From Octopus vulgaris (taxonomy: Eukaryota): DNA of 64,000 bases. The notes below the pieces were generated by a model. It saw only the letters and a program-made list of their open reading frames with translations. It was not told where the DNA came from and searched no databases. The translations under genes were made by a program, and so were the position numbers. The stretch lies in the NCBI GenBank assembly GCA_951406725.2, contig OX597820.1, positions 114,390,001 through 114,454,000 of the forward strand, in the 5' to 3' direction. This document shows positions 38,401-52,257 of the stretch, piece by piece (position 1 is the stretch's first letter; every line of letters begins with the position of its first letter).

Positions 38401-41028
38401 GTGATCGATACTCCGCTGTGATTTGATATTGGGATAGGATTGTTGGGCCTAACACTGTTGCTATCATTATAATTACTGCTATTACTGCCATTATCAATGA
38501 TGTTATTACTATCATGATTATTACTATAGGAATTACTGTTTTTGTTATTATTATTATTATAGTTATTGTTACTATTATTAATATAGCCACTGTTGTTATC
38601 AATACTAAAGTCATTATTTAGGGAACTACTATCAGTTATCTCTAAGTTAGACACCATAGGTGCAGGAATAATAACTTGGTTATTGTTATTAATTTGGTTA
38701 ATATCATTATAGTTCTTGGATTATTGGGTTTTGAGTGATTATTATTGTTTGCCCTTAATCTAGCTTTTTATTCTGGTTTTATTATGCTTAGATATGAGGC
38801 ATTTCATATTGGGGAGAGTCGAATATGAGATTCTAATAGTTTTAGTGGATAGAATTCTGCTATATTTATGAGTGGGTGGAAAGTTATTTGATATAATTGA
38901 AAATATTTTCTTGCATAATTTTCCTGTAACTGCTACATTATACGGTATGAGGGACGTTCAATAAGTAATGCCTCTGACCCACTTGCAGTTGTTTGATCTA
39001 GCTGAAATTTTGCATGTGCAATCATTTATATCTCTATAGAGTAAGTGGCAAATTACAGCTCTGAATTAATTGTGGTTTCTGATTTACAGGTGTTTGAACC
39101 GAGTCAAGTGTGAAATGGAGCCTGTTGAGTGTCGAGCAGTGATCCGGTTTTTGTATTTGAAAGGACGCACACCACAGGAGACTTTTGATGAAATGAAAGT
39201 GACTTATGGTGATGATGCCCCATCATATGACCTTGTAAAACGCTGGCATCGTGAATTCAAACATGGTCGGAACTCTGTGGAAACAGCTCCCAGATCTGGT
39301 CTCCCCCTTCTGCCATTGATGAGGCATCTGTCCGTCAAGTTGAGGCTGCCATTTTGGAAGATCGACGCATAACTATTCGCCAAATAGCCCATGAGGTCAA
39401 GATTAGTACCAGGTCTGTGGAAACTATCATTCATGACCATTTGCATATGCAAAAGGTGTCTGCCAGATGGATTCCCAGGTTGCTCACGCCTTTCCAGAAG
39501 CAAGAACGCGTCGAGTGCTCGAGGGTGAATTTGGAGATGTGCCAAGAAGATGAGTCAAAATTTTTCAAAAGACTGATTACACAGGATGAAACCTGGGTCC
39601 ATCACAATGATCCAGAGACCAAAGCCCAGTCAATGCAGTGGAAGCACCGTGACTCACCCCCTCCAAAGAAGGCAAGGGTGCAGCCCTCCGCTGGCAAGGT
39701 CATGCTCACAGTCTTCTGGGACCAGGACGGAGTAGTAATGACAGATTTCCTGGCAAAGGGTACCACAATTGCAGGAGCCTATTATGCTTCACTTTTGAGG
39801 AAATTAAGAGAAGTTATCAAAATCAAGAGGCGGGGCAAGATCAACAAAGGCATCCTCCTCCTGCAGGACAACGCTCCGGTCCACAACTCGCTTGTCGCCA
39901 GATCAGAAGCACAGGCGTATGGCTATGAACCCCTCCCCATCCCCCTACTTTCCTGACTTTGCACCCTCTGATTTTCACCTCTTCCCAATCATGAAGTTGT
40001 TTTTGAAAGGAAAGCATTTCCCAGATAATGCAGCCTTGATTTCTGAAGTCACGTTGAGGTTGGAGGACTAAACTGGGTTCTTCTACAAAAACGGTCTCCA
40101 GAGCCGCATCAAACGATGGGAGAAATGCGTAACTCTGGGTGGTTCCTATGTAGAAAAAGACTAATAACTGTGCCAAGTTTCGTTGCTCTACTGCTATGGA
40201 AAGTGGGTCAGGGGCATTACTTATTGAACGCCCCTCGTATGTTATACCATATATAGTTTAGTAATTTACAGTTCTTATGTTTAGGAATTCTTTTATTGTT
40301 TGTGTTACTCCTAGCAGTAGGGTTTTCCCTAACTGAATTTTTATTGGTGTGATTTCTTTCTTTATGTTTTTTGATCTTAACCTCATTTGTATTTATTCTG
40401 GTTGTATCTGTGCATTTATTGGATCTATTTACTTTACCTCTGTTTAAAGAACTAACTCTAGAATCTCTAATTTGTTTATATGATGTCATATAAGGTGGTT
40501 TATCATTTAAGTTTTTAACAATTAAGTTTTTAACAAAAGAGATTTTCTGGGAGTACCCAGCATGAGAGAGGGCTTGATTATAATAATGATGCGCATGATC
40601 ACTGAAAATACTTTTGTTTGATGATAACTTAGATAGTCTATCGGAAACAGCCTGGACTGTGGTATTAATTATACAGGGCGGATGATTAGATGATGTGCCA
40701 ATATAACTTGTGGTTTCTTCTGGCTTTCCATAAAGGTAGTGAAGGCCTTTATCTATATCTAATGTAGCATCTAAAAAATTAACTATCATAGTGTTGGTCA
40801 TGAATTCAATTTTCAGATTAAATGATTTAAAAAAATGTCTCATCTTTTTTCTAATTCTTTCTAAGGTACTTCTACTATTTGTGGGGTATATGAATAGGGC
40901 GTCATCTCTGTATAGACTCCCCTGAAGGCCTGGTACCTCCGAGAATAGCCTCTTAAGTAGGAAGGCCCCGACCAAGTCAGTCACGTGAGCTGAATCGTTT
41001 GAGCCTATAGCCACATCGAAGTTATCAG
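38400..41028 (-). mobile_element. Penelope-like retroelement RT/thumb/linker, interrupted by a mariner
   Basis: NFDVAIGSNDSAHVTDLVG, LYRDDAL, VNFLDATLD, SNHPP; the frame continues across the mariner as IWYNI|PYNVAVTGKLCKKIF...ISYSTLPNMKCLISKHNK. Confidence 0.9.
38948..40237 (+). mobile_element. Full-length mariner transposon (1290 bp) with pseudogenised DD34D transposase 39115-40164
   Basis: TA TSD at 38946-38947 and 38238-shifted right copy 40238-40239; TIR gaggg(a/g)cgttcaataagtaatgcc(t/c)ctgacccactt; motifs WIPRLL, ITQDETW, QDNAPVH, PDFAPSDFHLF; frameshifts and a stop. Confidence 0.95.
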
Positions 41029-41029
41029 A

Positions 41030-42637
41030 GGTATCTGAACATAAGGTTAATAACACTTCCTTATCACGTAGGCTATGGGAACTTAAAGACAAAAATATCA
41101 ACTTTAATCTTAGATGGTCCATAGTTGGATCGGCAGTGATTTATAAAAATAATAGAACTGGTTGCCAGTTATGTTCCTTAGAACTTTTCAAAATCATTAA
41201 ATTCCCTGATAAAAACAAGCTAGTTAATAAAAGATCAGAATTCAAACCAACTTGTATGCATAAATTGACTAAAACCTTTAAATACTATAATCCTTAAGTC
41301 TCCATTATCTACTTTAATCCCTTCATGATCTTCTCACATTGGAAATTCCATCATCTGCTCCCTCCTGCCACTATTCAGGCATTGGATTAACAACTCCTGG
41401 GCTTACCCCCAACTACTTATTCGGTTTACTTTCACCTAGCTAAATTCTGACCCCATATAGTATGCATGTATTAAACAATCCAAGGACTTTAGACTTATTT
41501 ATAGAGAACATATCTAAATAATTTAGTCATTGACTCCAAAATTAAGAATATTACTACCATACATGGAGGTCCTATTAGCCAACACTAATAACTTCAATAA
41601 TGTTTATAATAATAATAATAATAATATACTAGTAATCATGAGTGGATAGGAACCTAGACTTTTTTAACTTCATACACTTCCTAAACAATTAAAATAGGAG
41701 TATAATTTACACAAGTGGATAGACTTGAAATCTCTCCAATCACTATATTTTTCCAATCAATATATTATTACTATTATTATAATTTTTTCTTCGTATTTTA
41801 TTTTTAACTTCCATCTTAATTTTCATTTCAATTTATTTTATTCTTTATATTTTCCCTTTGCTTTTTACCTCATTGTAACCTATTATTATTTAGTCAGATA
41901 TCTTTTGTATATTTCCAAATATTTTTGATATCTTACAACATCGTTCTAATATCACCGGTTTATTCTGCCAGTATTTTTACTAATTCTAATGCTCTTTCAC
42001 TATTATTTTGTTTAAAAATGATTCTGACATACCTCTATTCCTATAGAACCTTATACCTCTATATCAATTACTTCATATATTGTTAATTTGCTACTCCCTT
42101 TTATCACTTATATTTATTTCTTTTCTTTTTAAATCATTTCCTTTATTGGTCATCCCTCATTTCTACTTGTTACTTAATGACAGGTCTATTGGATTTGTCA
42201 TAGACATATCTAAAAAACATTTTTTTTAAACTTTTAAATATATGGAACTCAATCTATTGAGAATAGTATATTAAATTATAACTGTTACGTACTCAAAAAC
42301 AAGATATACACACTTGTAAGGTGTATTGTATGTCTGTATACAATCTGTATTTCAAGGAGTGGTCAAACTAAGAAATTATTTCTAACCACTGCCATCCCAT
42401 CAAAACCAAAATCCTATTCTCAGCCCTTTAATATTACTCTCTTTTACTTGTTTCAGTCATTTGACTACGGCCATGCTGGAGCACCACCTTTAGTCGACCA
42501 GGTCGACCCCAGGACTTATTCTTCGTAAGCCCAGTACTTATTCTATCGGTCTCTTTTGCCGAACCGCTAATGACGGGGACATAAACATACCAGCATCGGT
42601 TGTCAAGCAATGCTAGGGGGACAAACACAGACACACA

Positions 42638-42668
<31 letters not shown>

Positions 42669-42724
42669 ACACACATATATACACACACATACACACACAC
42701 ACACACACATATATACACACACAT

Positions 42725-42773
<49 letters not shown>

Positions 42774-43540
42774 TGACAGGCTTCCTTCAGTTTCCGTCTA
42801 CCAAATCCATTCACAAGGCATTGGTCGGCCCGGGGCTATAGCAGAAGACACTTGCCCAAGATGCCACGCAGTGGGACTGAACCCGGAACCATGTGGTTGG
42901 TAAGCAAGCTACTTACCACACAGCTACTCCTGCGCCTTATCTTATCTCTTATTCTACCTTTTGTTTTTATTTCTTTTGTTACTTTATTCCAGTTTTGTTA
43001 AATCTTATTTATATGTGTATCTAACATTATTATTCTTATTTTTACTTTTATTATCCTTATTTTTGCTTTTATTACACTTATCTTTTACTTCTATTACTGT
43101 TATTTTTTATTTCTTATTTTATTTTATTCTTTCTATCTTATACACATTAATTAAATATAAACTCATTCCAATCTATTTAACATTCACTCTATGCTGAATG
43201 GTGATATAGTATGGGCAGATTTTTGAAATCCAATGAAATTTTATATAAATATACTTTTTCAAGGAGATATCATAAACCTATGGGTAATACTATGGGTACG
43301 TTTTATTTTGTGATGTAATCTTTGGACTAACAATGTTTGTGACTGAAAAGAGCTTTACAACATCTTTCACATCAATAATACACTGATGTAATAACAGATT
43401 GTTTATAAAGTTTGAAACGTGTGTACCACTATATCCTTTGCGTTGTGTTTTTAATTTATGTTTGATATATTCTCTCACCTCTGCCACTATCTAGCAAATA
43501 CAGGTGCTTACACTTATCAAGTATTCAGTCTAAATTTACA
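41030..43540 (+). mobile_element. Inverted Penelope 3' segment (GIY-YIG C-terminus and AT-rich pLTR-like region)
   Basis: Plus frame NTSLSRRLWELKDKNINFNLRWSIV...CQLCSLELFKIIKFPDKNKLVNKRSEFKPTCMH at about 41050-41290; right boundary uncertain. Confidence 0.7.
42434..42936 (-). mobile_element. tRNA-derived SINE (family B), young
   Basis: Near identical to 30716-31129, expanded internal CA/TA tract. Confidence 0.9.
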
Positions 43541-43611
43541 GTACCTATATATATACATACATATATACACATATATATATACATACACATAAATATATAT
43601 ACACACATACA

Positions 43612-43776
43612 GGCGCAGGAGTGGCTGTGTGGTAAGTAGCTTGCTTACCAACCACATGGTTCCGGGTTCGGTCCCACTGTGTGGCACCTTGGGCAAGTGT
43701 CTTCTACTATAGCCTCAGGCCGACCAAAGCCTTGTGAGTGGATTTGGTAGACGGAAACTGAAAGAAGCCTGTCGTA

Positions 43777-43818
<42 letters not shown>

Positions 43819-44030
43819 TGTGTGTGTATGTGTGCCTGTATTTGTCTCCCTAGCATTGCTTGACAATCTATGCTGGTGTGTTCATGTCCCTGTTACTTAG
43901 CGGTTCGACAAAAGAGACCGATAGAATAAGTACTGGGCTTGCAAAAGAATAAGTCCCGGGGTCGAGTTGCTCGATCAAAGGCGGTGCTCCAGCATGGTCG
44001 CAGTCAAATGACTGAAACAAGTGAAAGAGT
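43612..44030 (+). mobile_element. tRNA-derived SINE (family B), young
   Basis: GGCGCAGGAGTGGCTGTGTGGTAAG...GGTTCGGTCCC head; tail gactgaaacaagtgaaagag. Confidence 0.9.
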
Positions 44031-45051
44031 ATACATATATTCATACACACATATATATATACATATACACACACACACATATATATACATACACACACAC
44101 ATATATATATACATACATACTTACATATAGATATATACATACATATACATGTATATATACACACACATATATATATACATGTATATATATACACATATAT
44201 ATATACATACATATACATGTATATATACACACACATATATATATACATGTATATATATACACATATATATACATACATATACATGTATATATACACACAC
44301 ATATATATACATGTATATATATGCACATATATATACATACATATACATGTATATATACACACACATATATATACATGTATATATATGCACATATATATAC
44401 ATACATATACATGTATATATATACACACATATATACATACATATACATGTATATATATACACACATATATACATACATATACATGTATATATATATACAC
44501 ATATATATACATACATATACATGTATATATATATACACATATATATACATACATATACATGTATATATATATACACATATATATACATACATATACATGT
44601 ATATATATATACACATATATATACATGTATATATATGCACATATATATACATGTATATATATATATACACACACATATATATACATACATAAATATACAC
44701 ACACATATATACATACATAAATATACACACACACACATATATATATACATAAATATACACACACACACATATATATACATAAATATACACATATATATAC
44801 ATGCATATATATATACATAAATATACACATATGTACATGCATATATACATAAATATACACGTTTATGTACATGCATATAAATGCATATAAATGGCGGTGC
44901 CCCAGCATGGCCACAGCTCATGAGCTGAAACTAGAATCAATCAATCAATCAATACACATATATACATATACACACAGACATATGCACATACACACACACA
45001 CACACATATATACACAGACATATGCACATACACACACACACACACACATAT

Positions 45052-45082
<31 letters not shown>

Positions 45083-45091
45083 TATGCACAT

Positions 45092-45152
<61 letters not shown>

Positions 45153-45305
45153 TATACACACACTCACATATATATACATACACACAGATATATATACACA
45201 CATATATATATATACAAACATATATATATACATATACACATATATATATACACACATATATATATATACAAACATGTATATATATACATATACACATATA
45301 TATAT
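44031..45305. repeat. Compound (TA/CA/TACATG)n array with SINE 3' fragments at about 44890-44950 and 45305-45365
   Basis: Direct inspection. Confidence 0.95.
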
Positions 45306-45409
45306 CCTTAATCCTTAAAAATGTTTCAGCCCGAAGGCTGTGGCCATGCTGGGGCACCACCGTTGAATGAGCTACACACACAAACACTGACCCACACACA
45401 TGCGCACAA

Positions 45410-46040
45410 ACAAACAACAGAATTTATGCCTAATAATTTTAAGATTAAGAATTCTATATACCAATGTAAAATTACTTGCAGTACCGATGTCTACTTCTAC
45501 ATTGGTGCATCCTCTTCCCAGTTATCTAAGAGAATTTCCAATCATTATTCTTCATTTAGGGATAGCAGTAAACATTATAGCACAGGGCTAAGTAAATTGG
45601 TTTGGTATCTTAAAGACAACAATAAGGATTTTAAGTTAGATTGGTTTATCCTGTCCATATCTTTCCCTTATGATAAGGGCAAAGGATTTTGTAACATTTG
45701 CAACTCTGAACACTTCCATATTCTCTTCTCTAAGAATCACCTTGTTAACACACTTATAGAGCAATCTTACAAATGTAAGCACTGGCAGAAACATACCTTT
45801 AGCTCATATAAGTGACTTTTACCAGTCTTTATAGTTTGAACATTTAGTTCAACTTGCACTTTACTTCAATAGAGAAATCTACTTCCAAGCCTTTGAACAT
45901 TTTTTCAACCAATATATTATTCTTTATTTGTTCTCTACTTCTTATTTCTTTACCCCTTCTCTTCCTAGGGTCTGCCTTTGACGTCGGATCTACTAACGTT
46001 TTTTTTAAAATACTTAATAGCGTTCTGTTTATCATTTATG
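45410..46040 (+). mobile_element. Penelope-like GIY-YIG endonuclease domain and 3' region
   Basis: SIYQCKITC...FYIGASS...RISNHYSSF...STGLSKLVWYLKD...CNICNSE...KCKH, stop at 45815. Confidence 0.85.
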
Positions 46041-46049
46041 TAGTCATTT

Positions 46050-46195
46050 TGGCGTTAGGAAGAGCATCCAGCCGTAGAAACATTGCCAGATCAGACTGGG
46101 CCTGGTGCAGCCTTCTGGCTTCCCAGACCCCAGTTGAACCGTCCAACCCATGCTAGCATGGAAAGCAGATGCTAAACGATGATGATGATGATGAT
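46050..46195 (+). mobile_element. RTE-type 3' tail
   Basis: ttggcgttaggaagagcatccagccgtagaaac...(gat)n. Confidence 0.8.
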
Positions 46196-46199
46196 CTAA

Positions 46200-49100
46200 A
46201 TTGCTATAATGTCTTGTTGTTGAGATAGGTTCTCTTTCTTTCCTGATGAGAAGATTGCTTGAAACTTTTCAGCATTGAACTACATGCTATTCTTTTCAGC
46301 CCACTTGTATATTTTGTCCAGCTCACATTGCAGGTGCTTAGTGTCTTCAGGGTTCTGTATTGCCTGTGAAACTTTTGTATCATCTGCATAACTTGTGATC
46401 ATGGCTCTCTGTGTGGCTGAGGGCATGTCTGAGAGGGCCATTATGAACAGTAGTGGTCCCAAAACAGTGCCTTGCGGAACACCGCTCACTATTTGCATGT
46501 TAATGGAAGTGGCCTCTTTGGCTACTACCACCTGACTTCTATCCTTCAGAAAGTCATGAAGCCATTCTCCCAATTTTCCAACTATGCCAAGATCATGCAG
46601 TTTGTAACATATCATTCCATGATCGACTTTATCAAAGGCCTTTGCAAAGTCGAGATGTATGACTTCCACATTTGAGTGGTTGAGGAGTCGTTTCAGCACC
46701 CAGTCATAGTGTTGTAGGAGCTGAGTTAAGCAGCTTCTTCCTGGTCGGAAACCATGTTGGGTGTCAGACAGCAAGTCATTTTCTTCAAGGAAGGTGATTA
46801 GTTTCCTTCTGACTATTTGTTCCATGACCTTGCTGATGTGTGAGGTCAGAGAGATAGGTCTGTAAGTTCTTGGCCTCCGCTCTGCTACCTCCTTTTCAAG
46901 GAGTGGCCCTATCCTACAATGCACCATAGCTGTTTCTTTGGCATACCTGTAGAAAGCTCTGGGGTTAGATTTTATGTTGTCTATAGCCCAAGCTTCTTTG
47001 TCTGCTCTTTCTTTTTCATGGGAGAGTTGCAGACATTTTTCAATTTCCAACAGTTTTATTTTCAGGTGGGACTTTTCACTGCTTTCAATTTATTTGTTTG
47101 TTTAGGCGATTTGAAACTTTCATATGCTGTCTCATTAGAATTTTCCTCTCTCTGGGGATTTTGTTCTTGTGTACAATGGCCTTTCTCTCTGGGACACATT
47201 TGTAGCATATGGCTTGCATTACAGACATGAATTGTTGAAGTTTCATGTCGATGTCTGGCGAGGAGAGACATTTAGGCCAGTTTTGTTTGAGGATCTCTTT
47301 CTCAATTTGTTTCCAGTTTGCCTTAAGGAAGTTCAAATTGGAAAGATTCTGAGAGTTTCTTGTAGGCTGCATGTCCATACTTTCCTTTGGCCCGTACATG
47401 GTCAGCTCTACCATGTTGTGATCCAAGAGTAGTGTCGGTGTCACTTTCACATTATGGATGAGATCCATATTATTTGTGAAGCAGATATCCAGTATGTTAC
47501 CTGCCCTGGTTGGTTGGAGTATTACTTGCTCCATGTACAGAGTGTTGATGAGGTTCAGGACGGACCTCGCCTGTCCTCATTCGCATCGTGTCATTCCTGG
47601 GAGAGAAAGGTCCTTGGGCCATCTGACATTGGGTAGATTGAAGTCTCCCATAAGAAGTACACTTATGTGTTGTTCTAATGTGACTAGAACTTATTCTATT
47701 TTTATAAGGCAGTCTTCAAACTTGCCTACATGGCTTGGGGCATCTGGAGGGCGATATGTAGCACATATAACTACACCAAGTTGCCTTATATGTACAATTA
47801 GTGTGTCACACACCGAATTTGAGTATGACAAAAGGACCTGGTGTGTGAGGTCCTCATGGATGTACATAGCAACTCCTCCATGACTCCTTTCCTTTCTGTC
47901 GGTCCAAAGTACAACATACTGTGGTATGTGTAATTCCGCATCTGCTATGTCCGGTTTCAGGTGTGTTTCCGTAAGTGCTATGATTACATGCAACAAAGTC
48001 TCTCAAGAAAGGGATTTTTGTCCTGTTACTGAGTGTTAGCAGTCCTCTGATGTTCAGTAGGAGCATCGAGGTGATGTGTATGCTGTTGCCGGTGGTGTCC
48101 ACCTTGGGTCTATTTGCTGTCTTGTATATTGTGGATGGTCCCATCTGCGAGTTTGAGTTTGATGGAGCCAGGTTAGCTGCTGTACAATCTTTTGTGCCAT
48201 GCACAAAAAAGATTCTTGTTCAGCAGCTGCCCTTTCAATAACAAGTTGGCAGTTTGTAGCACGCACCACCTCTGCGCACCTCCATTTTGGGGCAGGTGAT
48301 GCGTGGTCCATTCCTTTTCCTTTTGGTAGTTGGTTTCTGACCTGTTTCATGTTTATGTGGCAGGGTCTTTGATGTGCAAAATGGCAGCCTGCACCTTCCT
48401 CTCCATGCCAGCAGACACCTTTCAGATAGAATTTACACATTTGTGTGCGCTGTCTCTTCCTATCCCTTTTGGTACATGGATTGTCAAGTTTGCTTCTATC
48501 CTTGGCTGTTTCATCTTTTGGTTTTGTTTGAGTTTTAGTGTTTCCTTCTTTGGCTGTTTCATCTTTTGTTTTTCCTCCTTTTATTTCTCTTTTGGCTCTT
48601 TCATCTCCATGGTTTTGGCTTTTGGTGCTGGTAGGGGTACTTGCACTTGGGTTTACTTCCCAGGCAGGTTTCTCACTTGAATCTTCTTTGTTGTTGTCCT
48701 GGGTGTCTATCATGTGGGGGTGACATTTTTCATCAGCACCCGTGCCTCCATCCTTGCCATCTTTACTTTGTTCGTTGTCAAAGATGGCATCAAGCATGCC
48801 AATGTGAGATCTTATGAGTGCATAGGAGCGTATAAACTCCTGCTTCTTTCTCTCTATCTGCGCTATCATCCTTGTATATCCACTGCTCTTCAGCGCAGCT
48901 GTAATTATATTGTTTGGACTATCTTCGTCGGCGCATCGCCAGGCTCTCAGGAACAACGCCAATTCGTTACTTCTCCAGGTTCTGGACATTTTGGATATTT
49001 TATTTATTTATCTATCTAATTATATTTAAACTTTAATAGTGCGATAGAGGGTAGAGAAGAAATAGAGAAAGAAATAGTCTATGTATTTAAAGAGATTGAC

Positions 49101-50240
49101 AGCTGAGAGAAGATAAGAAGAGAGTAAGAGAAGAAAGTTTGCATCTATATATTTAGAAAAATTGAGAGGCTGAGAGAGGAAAGATGGTGTGACAGAGAAG
49201 TGGAGAAGTGAAGAGACAAGGAAAGAGGCGTGAGGGAGAGAAGTGAAGAGACAGAGAGAGAAAGAAATGAAAGAGAGGAGGTTATGCAAAAGATTGAGCA
49301 GCTGAGAGAAGATAAGAAGAGAGTGAGAGAGAGTCTATATATTTAGGAAGATTGAGAGGCTGAGAGAAGAAAGATGGTGTGATAGAGAAAGAGATGAAAG
49401 AGAGGAAGTGATGCAAAAGATTGAGCGGCTGAGAGAAGACAAGAAGAAAGTGAGAGTCTATAAATTTAGGAAGATTGAGCGGCTGAGAGAAGAAAGATGG
49501 TGTGATAGAGAGAAGTGAAGAGACAGAGAGAGAAAGAAAAGAAAGAGAGGAGGTTACGAAGCTGAAACAGAAATTGAAAGACCATTAACAAAATGTAAAT
49601 TATAAATATGTACCTGTCCATAGCTACAAACGTTTTCTTCTAAACTAAACTAATTGCGACTATACTTCTAATGTTCGCGTCTATATATTTAGTGAGATTG
49701 AGGGGCTGAGTAAATATATATATATATATATATATAAATAAAGCAACAAATAAATATATGCCTATCTGAAATTGAATAATTTTAAAGAGATGTATTGAGA
49801 AACGGAGCTGAAACAGAGATCGAAAGATTATTAACAGAATGTAAACAGAGAATAGGTCCTTACAATGAATTACGGGAAATTAATCAAATGAAAAGGGGTA
49901 CTTATCTTATAAGAGGTAGAAGCCCCAAAATCGTCTCCCTATACGAAGAGGTTTTCTTTCAAAAAAGAAAAGAAAAACGGTTCTTATTGCTTGTTACAGT
50001 CGATTGGGAATAAACTTAAGAGATGTCACCACATGCTTTTTTTCGACGGGAAATCTGGCGTGCGTAATTAACTTTAGTGTATTACATTTGGCTTGAAGCG
50101 AAATATATTACGGTTTTTAACTAATATATCCTAGTAGATTGCTATGAGATAGCAAGTTCTACGTCTTTTATCAGTTCTAGCAGATTATTTCGTCGATTTA
50201 TACAAACCTTTTTGTTTTTATCACAGAGCAAAGCAAACAC
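46200..50240 (-). mobile_element. CR1/L2-type LINE: probable 5' UTR, ORF1 with CCCH finger, APE and RT; internally deleted, 3' truncated
   Basis: ORF1 48989-48054 CKFYLKGVCWHGEEGAGCHFAH; APE IALTETHL, YRPPD, PTRAGNILDICFTN; RT YRPISLTS, QHGFRPGRSC, DFAKAFD, GVPQGTVLGP, YADD; extent of the UTR is inferred. Confidence 0.88.
49060..49560. repeat. GA-rich tandem repeat (three diverged units) upstream of LINE ORF1
   Basis: agattga(g)cagctgagagaaga...aaagatggtgtga recurs at about 49093, 49291 and 49419. Confidence 0.8.
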
Positions 50241-50244
50241 GTCA

Positions 50245-50532
50245 TTCCCCTATGAAACCGGAAGTATATATATCTGTTTACTATTTTCATTCATATTATT
50301 GAGTTTATATACTAGGTTCTTTGCTTCTATTGATTTATGTTTATGAAGAGTATGAGATTCTATATTACTTGAGCCATTTACATTCACTTCATCGTTTAAG
50401 AGATTTATGTTATCAAGATCTAGGAAAGTGATTTCCTGGTCATATCCAGCCTTGGATAATGCAACATTATAATGATTAGAGTGAGAGTCAAAGATTTCAA
50501 AATTCGATGATAATTTTGAAATTCTCTGAGAA
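50245..50532 (-). mobile_element. Penelope-like RT C-terminal fragment
   Basis: [30 protein letters not shown], homologous to SDRLSKLSSNKSIFSDHAHHYYNQALSHAGY in ORF 40217-41122. Confidence 0.8.
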
Positions 50533-50850
<318 letters not shown>

Positions 50851-50993
50851 TTGGCGTTAGGAAGGGCATCCAGCCATAGAAACATTGCCAGATCAGACTG
50901 GGCCTGGTGCAGCCTTCTGGCTTCCCAGACCCCAGTTGAACCGTCCAACCCAGGCTAGCATAGAAAGCGGACACTAAACGATGCTGATGATGA
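50851..50993 (+). mobile_element. RTE-type 3' tail
   Basis: Near identical to 46050-46195. Confidence 0.8.
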
Positions 50994-51757
50994 TACATAC
51001 ATATATATAAATATATATACATATACATACATATATATAAATGACTATTGAAAAGGTTGCAAGACACAACAAAATTTTAGAAAATAAAAATAAGAAATAA
51101 GTGGAAATTTTACCGGTGAGTGTATTAAATAATAAGGCACAAAAAGAGAATGGCTCTCCCCAAACACAATAGAATATGCTTCAACACACGGACTCATAAA
51201 GAATCTTGCAAACCAAATCCCAAACCGAAAAATATACATATACATACATATATAAATATATATACATGCATATATATAAATATATATACATGCATATATA
51301 TAAATCTATATACATATACATACATATATATATATATAAATATGTGACCAGCGCCACGACAAGAGTGCCTTTGTCTGCCATAAGGCATTATTTTTCAAAT
51401 ACGCCAGCAAAGTTCAACTGTCTAAAGTCGAAAGACGCCTGATGTTTTGTCGTATTATTTTTATTGTTTTTTGTATTAATATTCGTATTATTTTTTGCTT
51501 TTTGTATTTATATTCATGCAGCGTCGTCCGTCTTTCTGCCCTTGTTTCATATACATTCGATCCTTTTTCCAAGATATCTAATGTTCATAGCTTAGTTTTT
51601 CCTTGGGGCTGGCCAGATCGGAGCAATCCCAAGATTAATCAGCTGAAATTGTGAGGATGATCCGGTCCTTGACTGAAGATTAGAGGCTTCGAATGACCTG
51701 TCCGTTCTTTTGTATCATCTATTTGAATATTTTGCGTTCTTGTCCCATTTTGTATTT

Positions 51758-51797
<40 letters not shown>

Positions 51798-51949
51798 ACG
51801 TATATATATATATATAAAGTTAATCCAAACAAGAAAACACAGAAAAAAAGAGAAAAAATGAGAAAAAAACACCGCAACGCAGGATGTGGAACAATTAAAG
51901 TATTATTGACCCTCAGGAAAGAAGATATATGTATATATATATATGTACA

Positions 51950-52044
<95 letters not shown>

Positions 52045-52257
52045 TATACATGTATATAAAGTAAATCCAAACTTCAAAATGCAACGATGTGGAAAAAATA
52101 TAGTGTTATTGGACGCTTAGGATAGGAAAGAAAGAAGGAGGATTTAATGTTTTGAGCGGAGCTCTTCATCAAACATAGGAAAAGACGAGATCCAAGGAAG
52201 GGGAGACGGAGGAAAAAAAAAAATCGACGATACACACGCAGGTGATATATACATATA

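Noticed and set aside
38276-38657. Hydrophobic and Asn-rich ORFs
   Set aside because: (AAT)n-rich low-complexity linker of the Penelope element, not host genes
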